Assembly (NCBI GenBank): GCA_030654075.1
Contig: JAURYB010000015.1
Span: forward strand, 1,644 to 65,643
From: Bacteroidales bacterium
GTDB lineage: Bacteria; Bacteroidota; Bacteroidia; Bacteroidales; UBA4417
Length of the DNA stretch: 64,000 bases
Direction: 5' to 3'
How positions within the stretch are numbered: position 1 is the first letter of the stretch; each line of letters starts with the position of its first letter. The position numbers and the translations under genes are program-made. This document shows, piece by piece, positions 45,494-55,642 of this stretch. The notes under the pieces were generated by a model. It did not search any database. It was not told the DNA's origin and worked only from the letters and a program-made list of their open reading frames with translations.

Positions 45494-46663
45494 ATGTTTC
45501 CTAAACTCTCAGATCTAATAAACTACCTGCTTGGAAGTCATATTGACTTACCAATTCAGACTTATGGTTTCTTTCTGACATTTGGATTTTTAACAGGCGG
45601 ATTTGTACTTCGATCAGAACTTAAGCGCAAAGAAAAGGAAGGTTTGCTGAAAGAACGAATAATTGCAGTTCATTCCAACAAAACGGCCAATAGGTTCGGG
45701 ATTATCCCCGGAATAGTTTTGTCATCCATAATTGGTTGGAAACTTTTTGGTATTATTATTCACTACCGGGAGTTTGCGTCAAACCCGCAACAGTTTATTT
45801 TTTCAGGAAAAGGAAGTTTACAGGCGTTATTGATAATAGGCATTATTTCTTTGGGGTATCATTTGTTTACGTGGTTTTCAACCAGAAAGTCAGCAGATGA
45901 AGTTACTGAAGAAATAATTCATCCCTATCAGAACACCTGGAACCTGATGATAGTTGCCATAATGTCAGCTCTTATAGGTTCAAAAATATTTGATATCATT
46001 GACAATTTCAGCAATTTTTTAAAGAACCCGGTTCACAGCCTGTTTTCGTTCAGCGGATTAACATTTTATGGGGGATTTATTGTAACTGTCATTGTTTTGA
46101 TGCAATATGTCAAGATTATCAAACTCGACTGGCGACATGTAATTGATTCCTCCGCACCGGTAATCATGATTGGTTATGCTATCGGTCGCCTTGGATGCCA
46201 TTTTTCAGGCGACGGTTGCTGGGGTATTATAAATACACTGTCGCAACCTCATTGGCTGGCCTGGATTCCTGACTGGCTTTGGGCTTCGGATTATCCTCAT
46301 AATGTTGCCAACCAGGGTGTTCAAATTATGGATTGTCATGGTCAGCACTGCAGAGTTCTTGGTGAACCTGTTTTTCCCACTTCGCTCTACGAGTCAATCA
46401 TTTCATTTATCTCATTTAGTGTTTTATGGATCATGAGGACGAGGATAAAAGCCCCTGTTGTTCTTTTTGGCCTATTCATGACTTTAAATGGATTCGAACG
46501 TTTTTTTATAGAAAAAATAAGGGTCAACAATAAATACAACATTCTTGGCATTCAACTTACACAGGCTGAAATAATTTCTGCCTTATTGATTGTAATTGGA
46601 ATTGCCTTAATGGTCTACTTTTCAAAACGATATAGATTACAGAAATCAACAAACAAACCGTAA
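45494..46663 (+). CDS. lgt: prolipoprotein diacylglyceryl transferase (long form)
   Basis: GYAIGRLGCHFSGDGCWG and FPTSLYES motifs. 389 aa with an insertion relative to about 280-aa Lgt proteins. Confidence 0.8.
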   Translation: MFPKLSDLINYLLGSHIDLPIQTYGFFLTFGFLTGGFVLRSELKRKEKEGLLKERIIAVHSNKTANRFGIIPGIVLSSIIGWKLFGIIIHYREFASNPQQFIFSGKGSLQALLIIGIISLGYHLFTWFSTRKSADEVTEEIIHPYQNTWNLMIVAIMSALIGSKIFDIIDNFSNFLKNPVHSLFSFSGLTFYGGFIVTVIVLMQYVKIIKLDWRHVIDSSAPVIMIGYAIGRLGCHFSGDGCWGIINTLSQPHWLAWIPDWLWASDYPHNVANQGVQIMDCHGQHCRVLGEPVFPTSLYESIISFISFSVLWIMRTRIKAPVVLFGLFMTLNGFERFFIEKIRVNNKYNILGIQLTQAEIISALLIVIGIALMVYFSKRYRLQKSTNKP

Positions 46664-46742
46664 TGACGTAGCATGCTACGTCTCTGCGGATAACCGCCAA
46701 CAAACCGTAAAGACGTAGCATGCTACGTCTCTGCGGATAAAC
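46649..46742. repeat. 47-bp tandem duplication carrying an 18-bp perfect palindrome twice
   Basis: GACGTAGCATGCTACGTC at 46665-46682 and 46712-46729. The first unit includes the lgt stop codon and the second repeats AACAAACCGTAA. Confidence 0.85.
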
Positions 46743-46757
46743 ACAAAAAATCAAAAC

Positions 46758-47558
46758 ATGAACTACAAATCCCTCACCCTCGACGTAATCGCCCTTGCAA
46801 AAGAAACCGGGAAATTTTTCCTTGACGAAATCAACAAGGTTAAAGTTTCAGACATAGAAGTTAAAGGTTTACATGATTTTGTTAGCTATGTTGATAAAAC
46901 CGCTGAAGCACGCATTGTTAAAAGACTTGCTGAAATACTCCCTGAAGCCGGATTTGTCACTGAGGAACAAACCGCTACTCATCGTGGGGAACACTTTAAC
47001 TGGATTGTGGATCCGCTGGATGGAACAACTAACTTTCTTCATCATATACCTTTATATTCGGTTAGCATTGCATTGATGGAAGATGACAAAATGGTTATCG
47101 GTGTGGTCTATGAACCCAATCTTGATGAATGTTTCTATGCCTGGAAAGACGGGAGAGCCTATTTGAATGAAAAAGAAATTCATGTTTCGGATCAGAGAGA
47201 AATGAAAAATACACTGCTTGCAACAGGATTTCCTTATAACGATTTTGGCAGGCTCCCGGGGTATATTGATCTCTTTACATGGTTTGCAAAGAACACTTCG
47301 GGTTTGCGCAGGTTAGGATCCGCGGCTGTTGATCTTGCTTATACGGCTTGTGGGCGTTACGAAGGTTTTTACGAATACGGCCTTCATGCATGGGATGTGG
47401 CAGCTGGTACTTTTATTGTTCAGCAGGCAGGTGGAACGGTAACCGATTTTAAAGGTGGAGAAGACTATATTTTCGGCGCAGAACTTTTAGCCTCAAATAC
47501 TCTTTTGCATGAACCTTTGCTTGACGCTGTAAAATCACATTTTGGTGATTCGAAATAG
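46758..47558 (+). CDS. suhB: inositol monophosphatase family protein
   Basis: WIVDPLDGTTNF and WDVAAG motifs. 266 aa. Confidence 0.85.
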   Translation: MNYKSLTLDVIALAKETGKFFLDEINKVKVSDIEVKGLHDFVSYVDKTAEARIVKRLAEILPEAGFVTEEQTATHRGEHFNWIVDPLDGTTNFLHHIPLYSVSIALMEDDKMVIGVVYEPNLDECFYAWKDGRAYLNEKEIHVSDQREMKNTLLATGFPYNDFGRLPGYIDLFTWFAKNTSGLRRLGSAAVDLAYTACGRYEGFYEYGLHAWDVAAGTFIVQQAGGTVTDFKGGEDYIFGAELLASNTLLHEPLLDAVKSHFGDSK

Positions 47559-47564
47559 ATTTAT

Positions 47565-47762
47565 TGTAACTAATCAGCTTGGTTAAGGCGCTGATATCCA
47601 AATATATGCCACAGATTTCACGAATTTCACAGATAAATATGTATCACACATATTCAAATTTCAATTGTTAAACTGCTGAAAGCAGTTTCAAATCTGCGTA
47701 ATCTGCGCAATCTGTGGCAAATATTTGTTTGGCAATGCTTTAAATGAACTGATTAGTTACAA
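47565..47762. repeat. ~200-bp nested inverted-repeat element with 9-mer arrays
   Basis: Outer pair TGTAACTAATCAG / CTGATTAGTTACA. Inner pair GCCACAGATT / AATCTGTGGC. Central hairpin AAACTGCT-GAA-AGCAGTTT. Confidence 0.75.
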
Positions 47763-47796
47763 AAAAAGTTATATTTTTGTAAATCAAAATTTATAG

Positions 47797-48138
47797 ATGA
47801 ATAAGCTCAAATTACCCGTCGACGATTCTTCAGAAATCGAAACCATTTTCCGTGATAGTCCGCAACGAAGTATCCTAAAGACAATAACTTACAGGGTTTT
47901 TGCCTCGGGAGCCATGTTTGCTGCAGTATTCGTCTACTCGCATGAATTTCAAAGTCTGTCAATATCTGAAAGTATTGGTAATGCTGGTTTTATAGCTGTT
48001 GTTGAGTTTTTGGTAAAACTGGTTATATATTATATCCACGAACGAATCTGGTCCGGGATTACGTGGGGTAAATACTGGCGCAGGCATTATTGGGCCAGGC
48101 GTGCCTGGAAAAAAGCTTACCGGAAAGCGCACAAGTAA
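47797..48138 (+). CDS. DUF2061-like small membrane protein
   Basis: 113 aa. SILKTITYRVFASG resembles DUF2061. Basic C-terminal tail. Confidence 0.45.
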   Translation: MNKLKLPVDDSSEIETIFRDSPQRSILKTITYRVFASGAMFAAVFVYSHEFQSLSISESIGNAGFIAVVEFLVKLVIYYIHERIWSGITWGKYWRRHYWARRAWKKAYRKAHK

Positions 48139-48392
48139 GAGTTTCCAGGAACGCGGATGACGTGGAAAGAACGGATAGAAACAGATTCTCCTGATTGTAT
48201 TTGTGTATTTTAATTCTTATGCCTCTTGCTTAGTTTGAATCTTAGTTATATTTTAAGTCATGTTAAGGCGCATATGCATTCAAGTATTTTTTATGTTATA
48301 AAGTAATTCGACAAAACGTAAAATGATTTGTCGGATTATTCCCGTTGCTCTTCAATACTTATTAAATTTGTCACTATCCAAAATTCTTTAAC

Positions 48393-49772
48393 ATGACTTG
48401 CTTAACTTATTCCAGATTATTGCCCCTTGTTCTACTTGCTTTTTTATTCTCAGCTTTTCAACTTAGGGCACAGCAACCTCCATCTCAAAAGAAATTTATT
48501 TACGTATTCAAAATAAGCGACGAGATTGCAAAACCCGTTTGGTACAAAACCAGGAAAGCTCTGAAAGAAGCGTCAGCTCTGAAAGCAGATATCATCCTGA
48601 TCCATATGAATACCTACGGAGGATTGCTTGATATGGCCGATTCTATCCGTACAGCGATTTTGAATAATAAAATTCCAGTATGGGTTTTTATAGATAATAA
48701 TGCGGCTTCTGCCGGAGCCCTGATCTCAATAGCCTGCGACAGTATTTATATGCGTCAGGGAGCAAATATCGGGGCAGCTACGGTGGTTAACCAAACCGGC
48801 GAACAATTACCCGATAAATACCAATCGTACATGCGTGCTTTGATGCGAAGCACTGCCCAGGCAAACGGTCGCAATCCGGATATAGCGCAGGCAATGGTTG
48901 ATCCGCGTATTCATGTGGAAGGCGTTAATGACTCCGGGCAAGTAGTCACTTTTACTGCCCAGGAAGCTTTGAAACACGGATATTGCAACGCCATGGCCGA
49001 AAATATTCCTGAAGTGCTTAAAAAGGCCGGAATTGTAAACTATACAATTCATGAGCAACAGCTTACCGCAACAGATAAAATGATAGGTTTTCTGATAAAA
49101 CCAGCAGTTGCAGGTATCCTGATCATGATAATTATTGCCGGTATCTATTTTGAGTTTCAATCTCCGGGAATAGGATTTCCGCTTGTTATGGCCATAATAG
49201 CAGCATTACTTTACTTTGCGCCTCATTACCTCCAAGGTTTGGCAGCGAATTGGGAAATTCTTGTTTTTGTAGCCGGGGTATTACTGCTTGCAGTCGAGAT
49301 ATTTGTTATTCCCGGTTTTGGTGTTGCTGGCATCCTGGGCATTTTCATGATGGTAATGGGTTTAACCCTTGCAATGATTGACAACTTGTACTTCGAATTC
49401 AGCCCGTCAGCAACCGTGAAACTAGCTGAGGCATTCTTTATAGTGGTGATTGCTTTTTTTGCATCTATTACAGGATCAATATACATCACGAGGAAAATAT
49501 TTACAGGGAAAACCTTTTTTGGCGACCTTGCACTTGTTACCACACAGCAGAAAAACGAAGGATTTACTTCAGCAGATACTTCGTATAAAGAAATTACAGG
49601 TAAAACCGGTCTTGCGCATACCATGCTCAGGCCTGCCGGTAAAGTGATGATAGATGGAATTCTTTATGACGCCACAGCGCTAACCGGATACATTGATAAG
49701 GGTGAGCCGGTTGAAGTAGTGAAGTACGAAACAGCACAACTTTTTGTGAAAAAACTTAAAATATCCAACTAA
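48393..49772 (+). CDS. NfeD-family membrane-bound ClpP-class protease
   Basis: Signal peptide, ClpP-like [14 protein letters not shown]...[13 protein letters not shown], four TM helices and a C-terminal OB-like NfeD domain. Confidence 0.8.
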   Translation: MTCLTYSRLLPLVLLAFLFSAFQLRAQQPPSQKKFIYVFKISDEIAKPVWYKTRKALKEASALKADIILIHMNTYGGLLDMADSIRTAILNNKIPVWVFIDNNAASAGALISIACDSIYMRQGANIGAATVVNQTGEQLPDKYQSYMRALMRSTAQANGRNPDIAQAMVDPRIHVEGVNDSGQVVTFTAQEALKHGYCNAMAENIPEVLKKAGIVNYTIHEQQLTATDKMIGFLIKPAVAGILIMIIIAGIYFEFQSPGIGFPLVMAIIAALLYFAPHYLQGLAANWEILVFVAGVLLLAVEIFVIPGFGVAGILGIFMMVMGLTLAMIDNLYFEFSPSATVKLAEAFFIVVIAFFASITGSIYITRKIFTGKTFFGDLALVTTQQKNEGFTSADTSYKEITGKTGLAHTMLRPAGKVMIDGILYDATALTGYIDKGEPVEVVKYETAQLFVKKLKISN

Positions 49773-49777
49773 TACTT

Positions 49778-50287
49778 ATGTCAGCCATTGAACTTATTCA
49801 GTCGGACATAACTCAACTTGAGGTAGATGTTATAGTTAATGCGGCAAACAGTACATTGCGTGGTGGGGGAGGTGTTGACGGAGCCATTCACCGGGCTGCC
49901 GGACCTCGGTTACTGGCTGAATGCATTAAACTTAACGGCTGCCCGACCGGTGAGGCAAAAATTACCGACGGCTTCAATCTTAAAGCTCGCTTTGTAATTC
50001 ATACCGTTGGACCAATCTGGTATGGAGGCGATTCGCATGAAAGTGATCAATTGGCAAGCTGTTACCGAAAGAGTTTATCGCTGGCGGTAGAAAATAACTG
50101 TACTTCTATTGCATTTCCGAATATAAGTACAGGTGTTTATGACTTTCCTAAAGAACTTGCCGCAAATATTGCAATTCGGGAAGTTCAGACTTTTTTAGTT
50201 ACAAACAAATCGATTAGTAAGGTGTTATTCTGTTGTTTCGATTCTGAAAATTATTTCATTTACCAACGCCTGTTAGATAAATTGTAA
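49778..50287 (+). CDS. ymdB: macro-domain O-acetyl-ADP-ribose deacetylase
   Basis: [25 protein letters not shown] is the canonical macro-domain motif. 169 aa. Confidence 0.9.
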   Translation: MSAIELIQSDITQLEVDVIVNAANSTLRGGGGVDGAIHRAAGPRLLAECIKLNGCPTGEAKITDGFNLKARFVIHTVGPIWYGGDSHESDQLASCYRKSLSLAVENNCTSIAFPNISTGVYDFPKELAANIAIREVQTFLVTNKSISKVLFCCFDSENYFIYQRLLDKL

Positions 50288-50928
50288 TGACCAGGGAAAA
50301 ATGGCTGAATACTGCTTTGTGGCTGAGTATTATCACAATTGCCTATAATATTATTGAAGGACTGGTTTCTGTTTATTTCGGGAGTGCTGATGATACACTA
50401 GTACTTTTGGGGTTTGGGGTTGATAGTTTCGTTGAAGTAATTTCCGGAATTGGAATTCTTCATATGGTTTTGCGCATGCAACATAGTGTAATAAAGGATT
50501 TTGACAAATTTGAACGGCTGGCGCTTCGTATCACGGGCGTTTCTTTTATTTTACTTGCTATCGGGTTAGTTGCAGGAAGTATTCTGAATATTGTAAATAA
50601 ATCTAAACCTGAAACTACATTGGCCGGAATTATTATCGCTGCCATTTCGATTCTCACCATGTATTTCCTTATGAATTTTAAGCTGAATACGGGAAAAGCT
50701 CTTAATTCTAAGGCTATAATTGCGGATGCCAATTGTACAAGAACATGCCTCTATTTAAGCTTTATATTGCTGATATCAAGTTTGTTGTATGAATTTTTCC
50801 AAATAAGCTATATTGATGTTGCCGGTTCCCTTGGTATTGCATGGTACGCTTTCAGCGAAGGGCGCGAAAGCCTTGAGAAGGCAAAGAAAAATCAACTTTC
50901 GTGCGGCTGTGGCGAAAATTGTCACTAA
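50287..50928 (+). CDS. cation-efflux-like membrane protein (CDF transmembrane domain only)
   Basis: Six predicted TM helices. The SADDTLVLLGFGVDSFVEVISG pattern resembles CDF TM2. C-terminal CGCGENCH. Confidence 0.45.
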   Translation: MTREKWLNTALWLSIITIAYNIIEGLVSVYFGSADDTLVLLGFGVDSFVEVISGIGILHMVLRMQHSVIKDFDKFERLALRITGVSFILLAIGLVAGSILNIVNKSKPETTLAGIIIAAISILTMYFLMNFKLNTGKALNSKAIIADANCTRTCLYLSFILLISSLLYEFFQISYIDVAGSLGIAWYAFSEGRESLEKAKKNQLSCGCGENCH

Positions 50929-50985
50929 ATTTGCTAAAGACATATATCAAATCATTAATTATTTTCCATTAACTTTCATAAAGCC

Positions 50986-51537
50986 ATGCTACTGTTAATT
51001 ATTGTTCTCGCACTTGTTGCCGCCCTGATGTGGATGTACAACACTTTAATTGCGCGCAAAAATGAGGTAATGAAATCATTTGGTTTCATTGATGTACTAC
51101 TTAAAAAGAGGTTCGATCTGATCCCTAACCTGGTTGAAACAGTAAAAGAGTATATGGGATTTGAAAAAGGGTTGCTTACTGATGTTACCGAATTGCGTTC
51201 CAAAGCTATGTCAAGCGGAAACAACGAAACAGATCGCATAGGTTATGAAAACCAGCTTACTCAAAAGCTTGGAAATATTATGGTAGCTGCCGAAAACTAT
51301 CCTGATCTTAAGACCAGCCAGAGTTTTGCTCAATTGCAGGCAACATGGAAGGATTTGGAAGATCAGATCGCCGGTGCCCGCCAGGCTTATAATACCTCGG
51401 TTACAAGTTATAACAATGCTGTCGAAATGTTTCCAACCAACCTGGTTGCTGCAATGATTGACTATAAAACAAAACCAATGTTCGAGGCTGTTGTTGCTGA
51501 AAAAGAGAATGTTAAAGCAAATGAATTATTCCATTGA
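50986..51537 (+). CDS. LemA family protein
   Basis: N-terminal TM, then YNTLIARKNEV...AENYPDLK...YNNAVEMFPTN, typical of LemA. Confidence 0.85.
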   Translation: MLLLIIVLALVAALMWMYNTLIARKNEVMKSFGFIDVLLKKRFDLIPNLVETVKEYMGFEKGLLTDVTELRSKAMSSGNNETDRIGYENQLTQKLGNIMVAAENYPDLKTSQSFAQLQATWKDLEDQIAGARQAYNTSVTSYNNAVEMFPTNLVAAMIDYKTKPMFEAVVAEKENVKANELFH

Positions 51538-51604
51538 TCCGAACTTGAAATTTAATGCGGATTATCTTAATAGGAAGAAATGTTAGCTGCTGATCAACGT
51601 TGAC

Positions 51605-52165
51605 TTATGCTGATAAATGTTCTATTAATATCTTTAATCCAATCAATATAAGCATTACACCTCCAAGTACTTCCATTCTGCGACCCATTCTTGCGCCGAT
51701 TTTCTTTCCGAAAAGCATACCCAGCATGGCAACAACGTAAGTTACAAATCCTATAATTCCTACAGAAACTAATATTTTATAATTAAGCAGCGCAAAACTG
51801 AATCCAACAATCAGCGCATCAATGCTTGTCGCTATTGCCATCCCTATCATTACTTTAATATCCAGAGGATTAAAAGATCGGTCTTCAGGATCTGTCTTAA
51901 AACTTTCATAAATCATTTTTGCACCTAATAAAGCCAGTATTCCGAAGGCAATCCAATGGTCGAAATTCTCAGCATAATTTTTTATTCCTGATCCTGCCAG
52001 CCAGCCAATTACAGGCATCGCAGCCTGGAAAACAGCCAGCGTGACAGCTATTTTAGTAGCATTAAAGAAGTCTATCTTTTTTAATATCAATCCACTGGAG
52101 ATGGAAACAGCGAAAGTATCAAAAGATAACCCGATAGCAATAAGAATTATTGTAAGTAGATCCAT
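51605..52165 (-). CDS. mntP: manganese efflux pump MntP
   Basis: MDLLTIILIAIGLSFDTFAVSIS and an internal repeat with DALIVG. 186 aa. Confidence 0.85.
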   Translation of the reverse strand: MDLLTIILIAIGLSFDTFAVSISSGLILKKIDFFNATKIAVTLAVFQAAMPVIGWLAGSGIKNYAENFDHWIAFGILALLGAKMIYESFKTDPEDRSFNPLDIKVMIGMAIATSIDALIVGFSFALLNYKILVSVGIIGFVTYVVAMLGMLFGKKIGARMGRRMEVLGGVMLILIGLKILIEHLSA

Positions 52166-52405
52166 TAGTTTTTTTGGGGAAGCAGTGCAAAAGTAAAGAA
52201 AGCGATGATAAAACTATAATTTGTGAAACACTTAGTTCGGTTTTTATTGTTAATCAGTATAAGGATTGATAATGTTATTGGGAATGTATTCAATGAAATA
52301 ATCGTAATTTTAACTCTTAGAATCTACAACCTGATCAATTAACGTTTCTCTCATTAAAGTCCTTTCAAATATCAAACATCAATGCTTTAATCCTTTATTA
52401 GACAC

Positions 52406-53029
52406 ATGGAACTAATTACTCTAAAGAAAATACTGCCACAGGTTAACACCGAACTCCTGCAATTTATTGCAAACGAAGCAATTGAAATGGATATCCCAGC
52501 CGATACTACTTTGCTGAAAACAGGCACCTATGTACAATCTGTTCCATTGGTTGTTAAAGGTTTGATTCGTGTTAGCCGTAATGAAGAAGATAAAGAGCTG
52601 CTTCTCTACTACATCCGTCCGGGCGAAATGTGCATTATGTCGTTTTCAGCGTGCTGCAGCAACTCTGCAAGCCTGATCGAAGCTGCTACTCTCGAAGAAT
52701 CAAAAATACTACTGATCCCATCTGTTAAGTTGCGGGAGTGGATAACAAACTTCCCAACCTTCAATTTTTACGTTTACGAAATGTTCAATAAACGGTATCT
52801 CGACCTGATTGATACAATTGATCAACTTATTTTTAATCGCCTGGATGAACGTTTGTATAACTACCTGAAAGAAAAAACTGTTCTCTCTGGTAACGGTCAT
52901 ATCAATGTTACCCATCAACAGATAGCTACCGACATGGGAACTGCCCGTGAAGTTATAAGCCGATTGTTGAAAAAACTGGAACTCGAAAATAAAATTTCTA
53001 CCAGCAGGAACCAGGTTGTAGTATTATAA
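52406..53029 (+). CDS. Crp/Fnr-family transcriptional regulator
   Basis: cNMP-binding-like N-terminal domain and C-terminal HTH (THQQIATDMGTAREVISRLLKKL). Confidence 0.8.
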   Translation: MELITLKKILPQVNTELLQFIANEAIEMDIPADTTLLKTGTYVQSVPLVVKGLIRVSRNEEDKELLLYYIRPGEMCIMSFSACCSNSASLIEAATLEESKILLIPSVKLREWITNFPTFNFYVYEMFNKRYLDLIDTIDQLIFNRLDERLYNYLKEKTVLSGNGHINVTHQQIATDMGTAREVISRLLKKLELENKISTSRNQVVVL

Positions 53030-53159
53030 CTCTTATCTTTACTAAAAGAAAACTGAAAATTATTTAAATTTGTGTTTGTGACCATTATCACGCATTTTCT
53101 TTTTGAAAGCATATAATTTTGCTTTTATAAACTCATTATTAACCTAAACCAATTGTATT

Positions 53160-53363
53160 ATGAAATCAAATATGGGGACTACCGACAAAATTATTCGTAT
53201 CGCAATTGCAGCGCTTATTGCAGTATTGTATTTTACCAAGGTAATTCCCGGAACAGTGGGAATTATATTACTGGTTCTGGCTGCCGTATTTGTACTCACC
53301 AGCCTGATCAGTTTTTGCCCGCTTTACCCTTTAGTTGGTATGAATACCACAAAGAAAAAATAG
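53160..53363 (+). CDS. DUF2892-like small membrane protein
   Basis: 67 aa. TTDKIIRIAIAAL...LISFCPLYPLVGMNT matches the YgaP/DUF2892 pattern. Confidence 0.6.
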   Translation: MKSNMGTTDKIIRIAIAALIAVLYFTKVIPGTVGIILLVLAAVFVLTSLISFCPLYPLVGMNTTKKK

Positions 53364-53387
53364 TAATACATTATCAAAAATAAAATG

Positions 53388-53426
53388 AGACTGTTACATC
53401 ATATTTTGTGACAGTCTTTTTTTTAT
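53388..53426 (+). terminator. rho-independent terminator
   Basis: AGACTGT / ACAGTCT stem followed by T8. Confidence 0.65.
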
Positions 53427-53469
53427 TCCGCTTTTAGCAAGTCTTCAAAAATAGTATTCAGGTGCAATC

Positions 53470-54710
53470 TTAGAAAAAGTATCCAACTGAAAAACTGATC
53501 CTTGTATTAGTAACCGGTGCTGCTTCATATACTTTATAATGCGAATCCGTTTTGCCATAAGCTGCAGTAGTGATTTCAAATTCAGTGGATAGCAGAAGTT
53601 TTCCGTTCATATAACTGAGCATAGGAGCCACGCGGTATACATAAGCAATATCTGCATCACGTGCATACACGGTGCCGGTAATTATTTTATTCGAGCCCAT
53701 TCCTTTTGTATACCCGGCAAACAAGGAGCCTTGCCAGGTTTTCCCTGTGGTCTGCAGGTTTAACCAACCGGCAATATATGTCAGCGGAGTGTATTCCTGC
53801 AAATTTGTCATCGGATCGGTTTGCGTAACTCCATAGCCTCCCATCAGCAAATGGTCATTAAGTCCTTGTCCGTAAATCCATTGCATCTTTATAACAAGCG
53901 GTTTGGTTTTGGCCATTATAAAAGCAGTGTACGAAAGGCAATTTACGAAAGCGTTGGTAGCATATAAACTGTCGCTTACCAGCCTTGGATGTATGTGTTT
54001 GTAATCAAATCCAACTCCTGCAAATACATTGCTGGTGATAAATTGAACCTGTGCGTGCAGATTAGGAATGGCACTATTCCGCAAATAGGCGGTTGATGCT
54101 CCGGCAGGTCCACTGTTCATATAATCGCGTTGTGCTGTAATTGCAAGCATGGTATTGATTTTCCCTTTTGAAACGTCAATACGGATCTGCGGCTGCCGGC
54201 TGAAAGGATGAAATGGTGCTCCGGTATTGAGCGACAATATATTGGGTAACATTTCGGGGATATTTATTGGATGCCAGTATTGACCGGCCAGGATACTTGC
54301 ATGGTTCCATTAAGTTTCAGATAGGCATGTCGCAGTCGGAAACTGTTATTTTCAAGGTTGGAAGCGCCGGTAAAATCCCCTTCGACCATAGCTGATGCTT
54401 TGGCACCAAGAATATCCGGTCCGGTTGCCTTAAGGGTGAGCCTGGCCGACATTGAATATTGATTAAAGCTGCCATGAGCATTAATGTCTTCCCCGTTTTT
54501 ATCAAGTAGAATATTTTTAGGATAGAGTAACAGGTACCCTTCTCTCGCTTCTACAATCTGGCGGGTATCAAACATGGCTTCCGCTTTCACAAAACCACTC
54601 CAGGTTAAAGTAGGTTTAGCAGGGTTCACGATGGGTTGTACTTCCTGGGAATATGCCGAAAAAAGATTCGCAACAAGTAAGAAGGCAGAAAATAGAACAG
54701 TTTTTACCAT
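53470..54710 (-). pseudogene. outer-membrane beta-barrel porin interrupted by a single-nucleotide frameshift
   Basis: ORFs 54264-54710 (signal peptide, ...RHAYLKLN) and 53470-54252 (...SFSVGYFF C-terminus) join in another frame as LKLN|WNHASILAGQYWHP. The frame break is at about 54308-54311. Confidence 0.7.
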
Positions 54711-54930
54711 TGATATAATTTATGTAAAGTATTTATTGCTAGTGATATATAACCAATATCTGATTTAGAGAACCTTTCTTTGAAAAGCCGGCAAATGTAT
54801 GTGAATTTGATTCTAAGGATGATTATAAATTGGAATGCATTATCATCGATCGGATATTATTAACAACAGTTTACATTAAAGATAATTTTGAGGATGTAGT
54901 GATACCTTAATTGCTGAACAAAAATAAACC

Positions 54931-55510
54931 ATGGAAACAGGCTTTATAGACTAACTCACATTTGAGTCTTTTACCCAAAAAAAACTGGAATAATTTTGTC
55001 CCGCTATTTGGTGATAATGGAGCCTGCGGAAACTGTTGGTGTATGTATTACAGGCTGAAAAAATCAGATATTATCGAAGGGAAAGTGGCAGATGGAAATA
55101 AAGATGCTATGAAAGAGCTGGTTTGGGAAGGCAAGCCTGCCGGAATACTTTGACTTTAGGATAGACAAGCTATCGCGTGGTGTGCTTTTGCTCCAAGAGC
55201 GGATTTTAAATAACTGGGAAAATCCCGGGTTCACAAACGTAATGATAATGAGGTAGTATGGTCAATTCCATTTTTTTATACATAAAAACTTTTAAAAAAT
55301 AATTTTTTGTCGAACTTTTAAAAGGAGTAATTCACTATGCTAAATAGTACGTAATCAAAATAATAGAAGCTTATACCACAATTCCAACCCAGGAAAACTT
55401 CCTGATTTTTTTGTTTGGATTGGTTGATTCAAGTCGTTTGAGCGTGCAGGATTTAAAATCGTAGACCAGACTTCGAGAAACAGGCCGATGGTGAGGTTTT
55501 TTACTGAAAG
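54931..55510 (+). pseudogene. decayed GNAT-like acetyltransferase gene
   Basis: GACGNCWCMYYRL...GKPAGIL, then across stops and frames AIAWCAFAPRADF, VVWSIPFFY, and a C-terminal piece ending RPMVRFF. Multiple stops and frameshifts. Confidence 0.55.
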
Positions 55511-55512
55511 GA

Positions 55513-55548
55513 AGAAATAGAAAATAGTGAATAGAAAATAGTGAATAA
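55513..55548. repeat. heptamer array (GTGAATA type)
   Basis: gaaatag aaaatag tgaatag aaaatag tgaataa. Confidence 0.75.
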
Positions 55549-55642
55549 CTCTTTCTTCATGTTACCTCTCGCTTTGCCTGTACAGAGCAAAGTCAAAATG
55601 TCGCCCTTCTCCCATCTCCCTTCTCCCAGTCGCCCCTCGATT

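Noticed and set aside
52166-52405. Expected yybP-ykoY Mn2+ riboswitch upstream of mntP
   Set aside because: I read the minus-strand leader and found no GGGGAGUAG-type conserved core. The leader appears to be only about 20 nt after a TACTTTTG box. A covariance-model search (Rfam RF00080) would be decisive.
53153-53383. 76-aa ORF overlapping the DUF2892-like gene in another frame
   Set aside because: The alternative frame (53160-53363) gives a two-TM protein with the conserved FCPLYxxxG motif. This frame gives Tyr/Arg/Cys-rich sequence with no features.
55154-55642. Search for the missing HfsD-like kinase downstream of the PP2C phosphatase
   Set aside because: All six frames here are short and interrupted. 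The recognisable pieces belong to the decayed GNAT-like gene and to heptamer repeats, not to a histidine-kinase-like ATPase.
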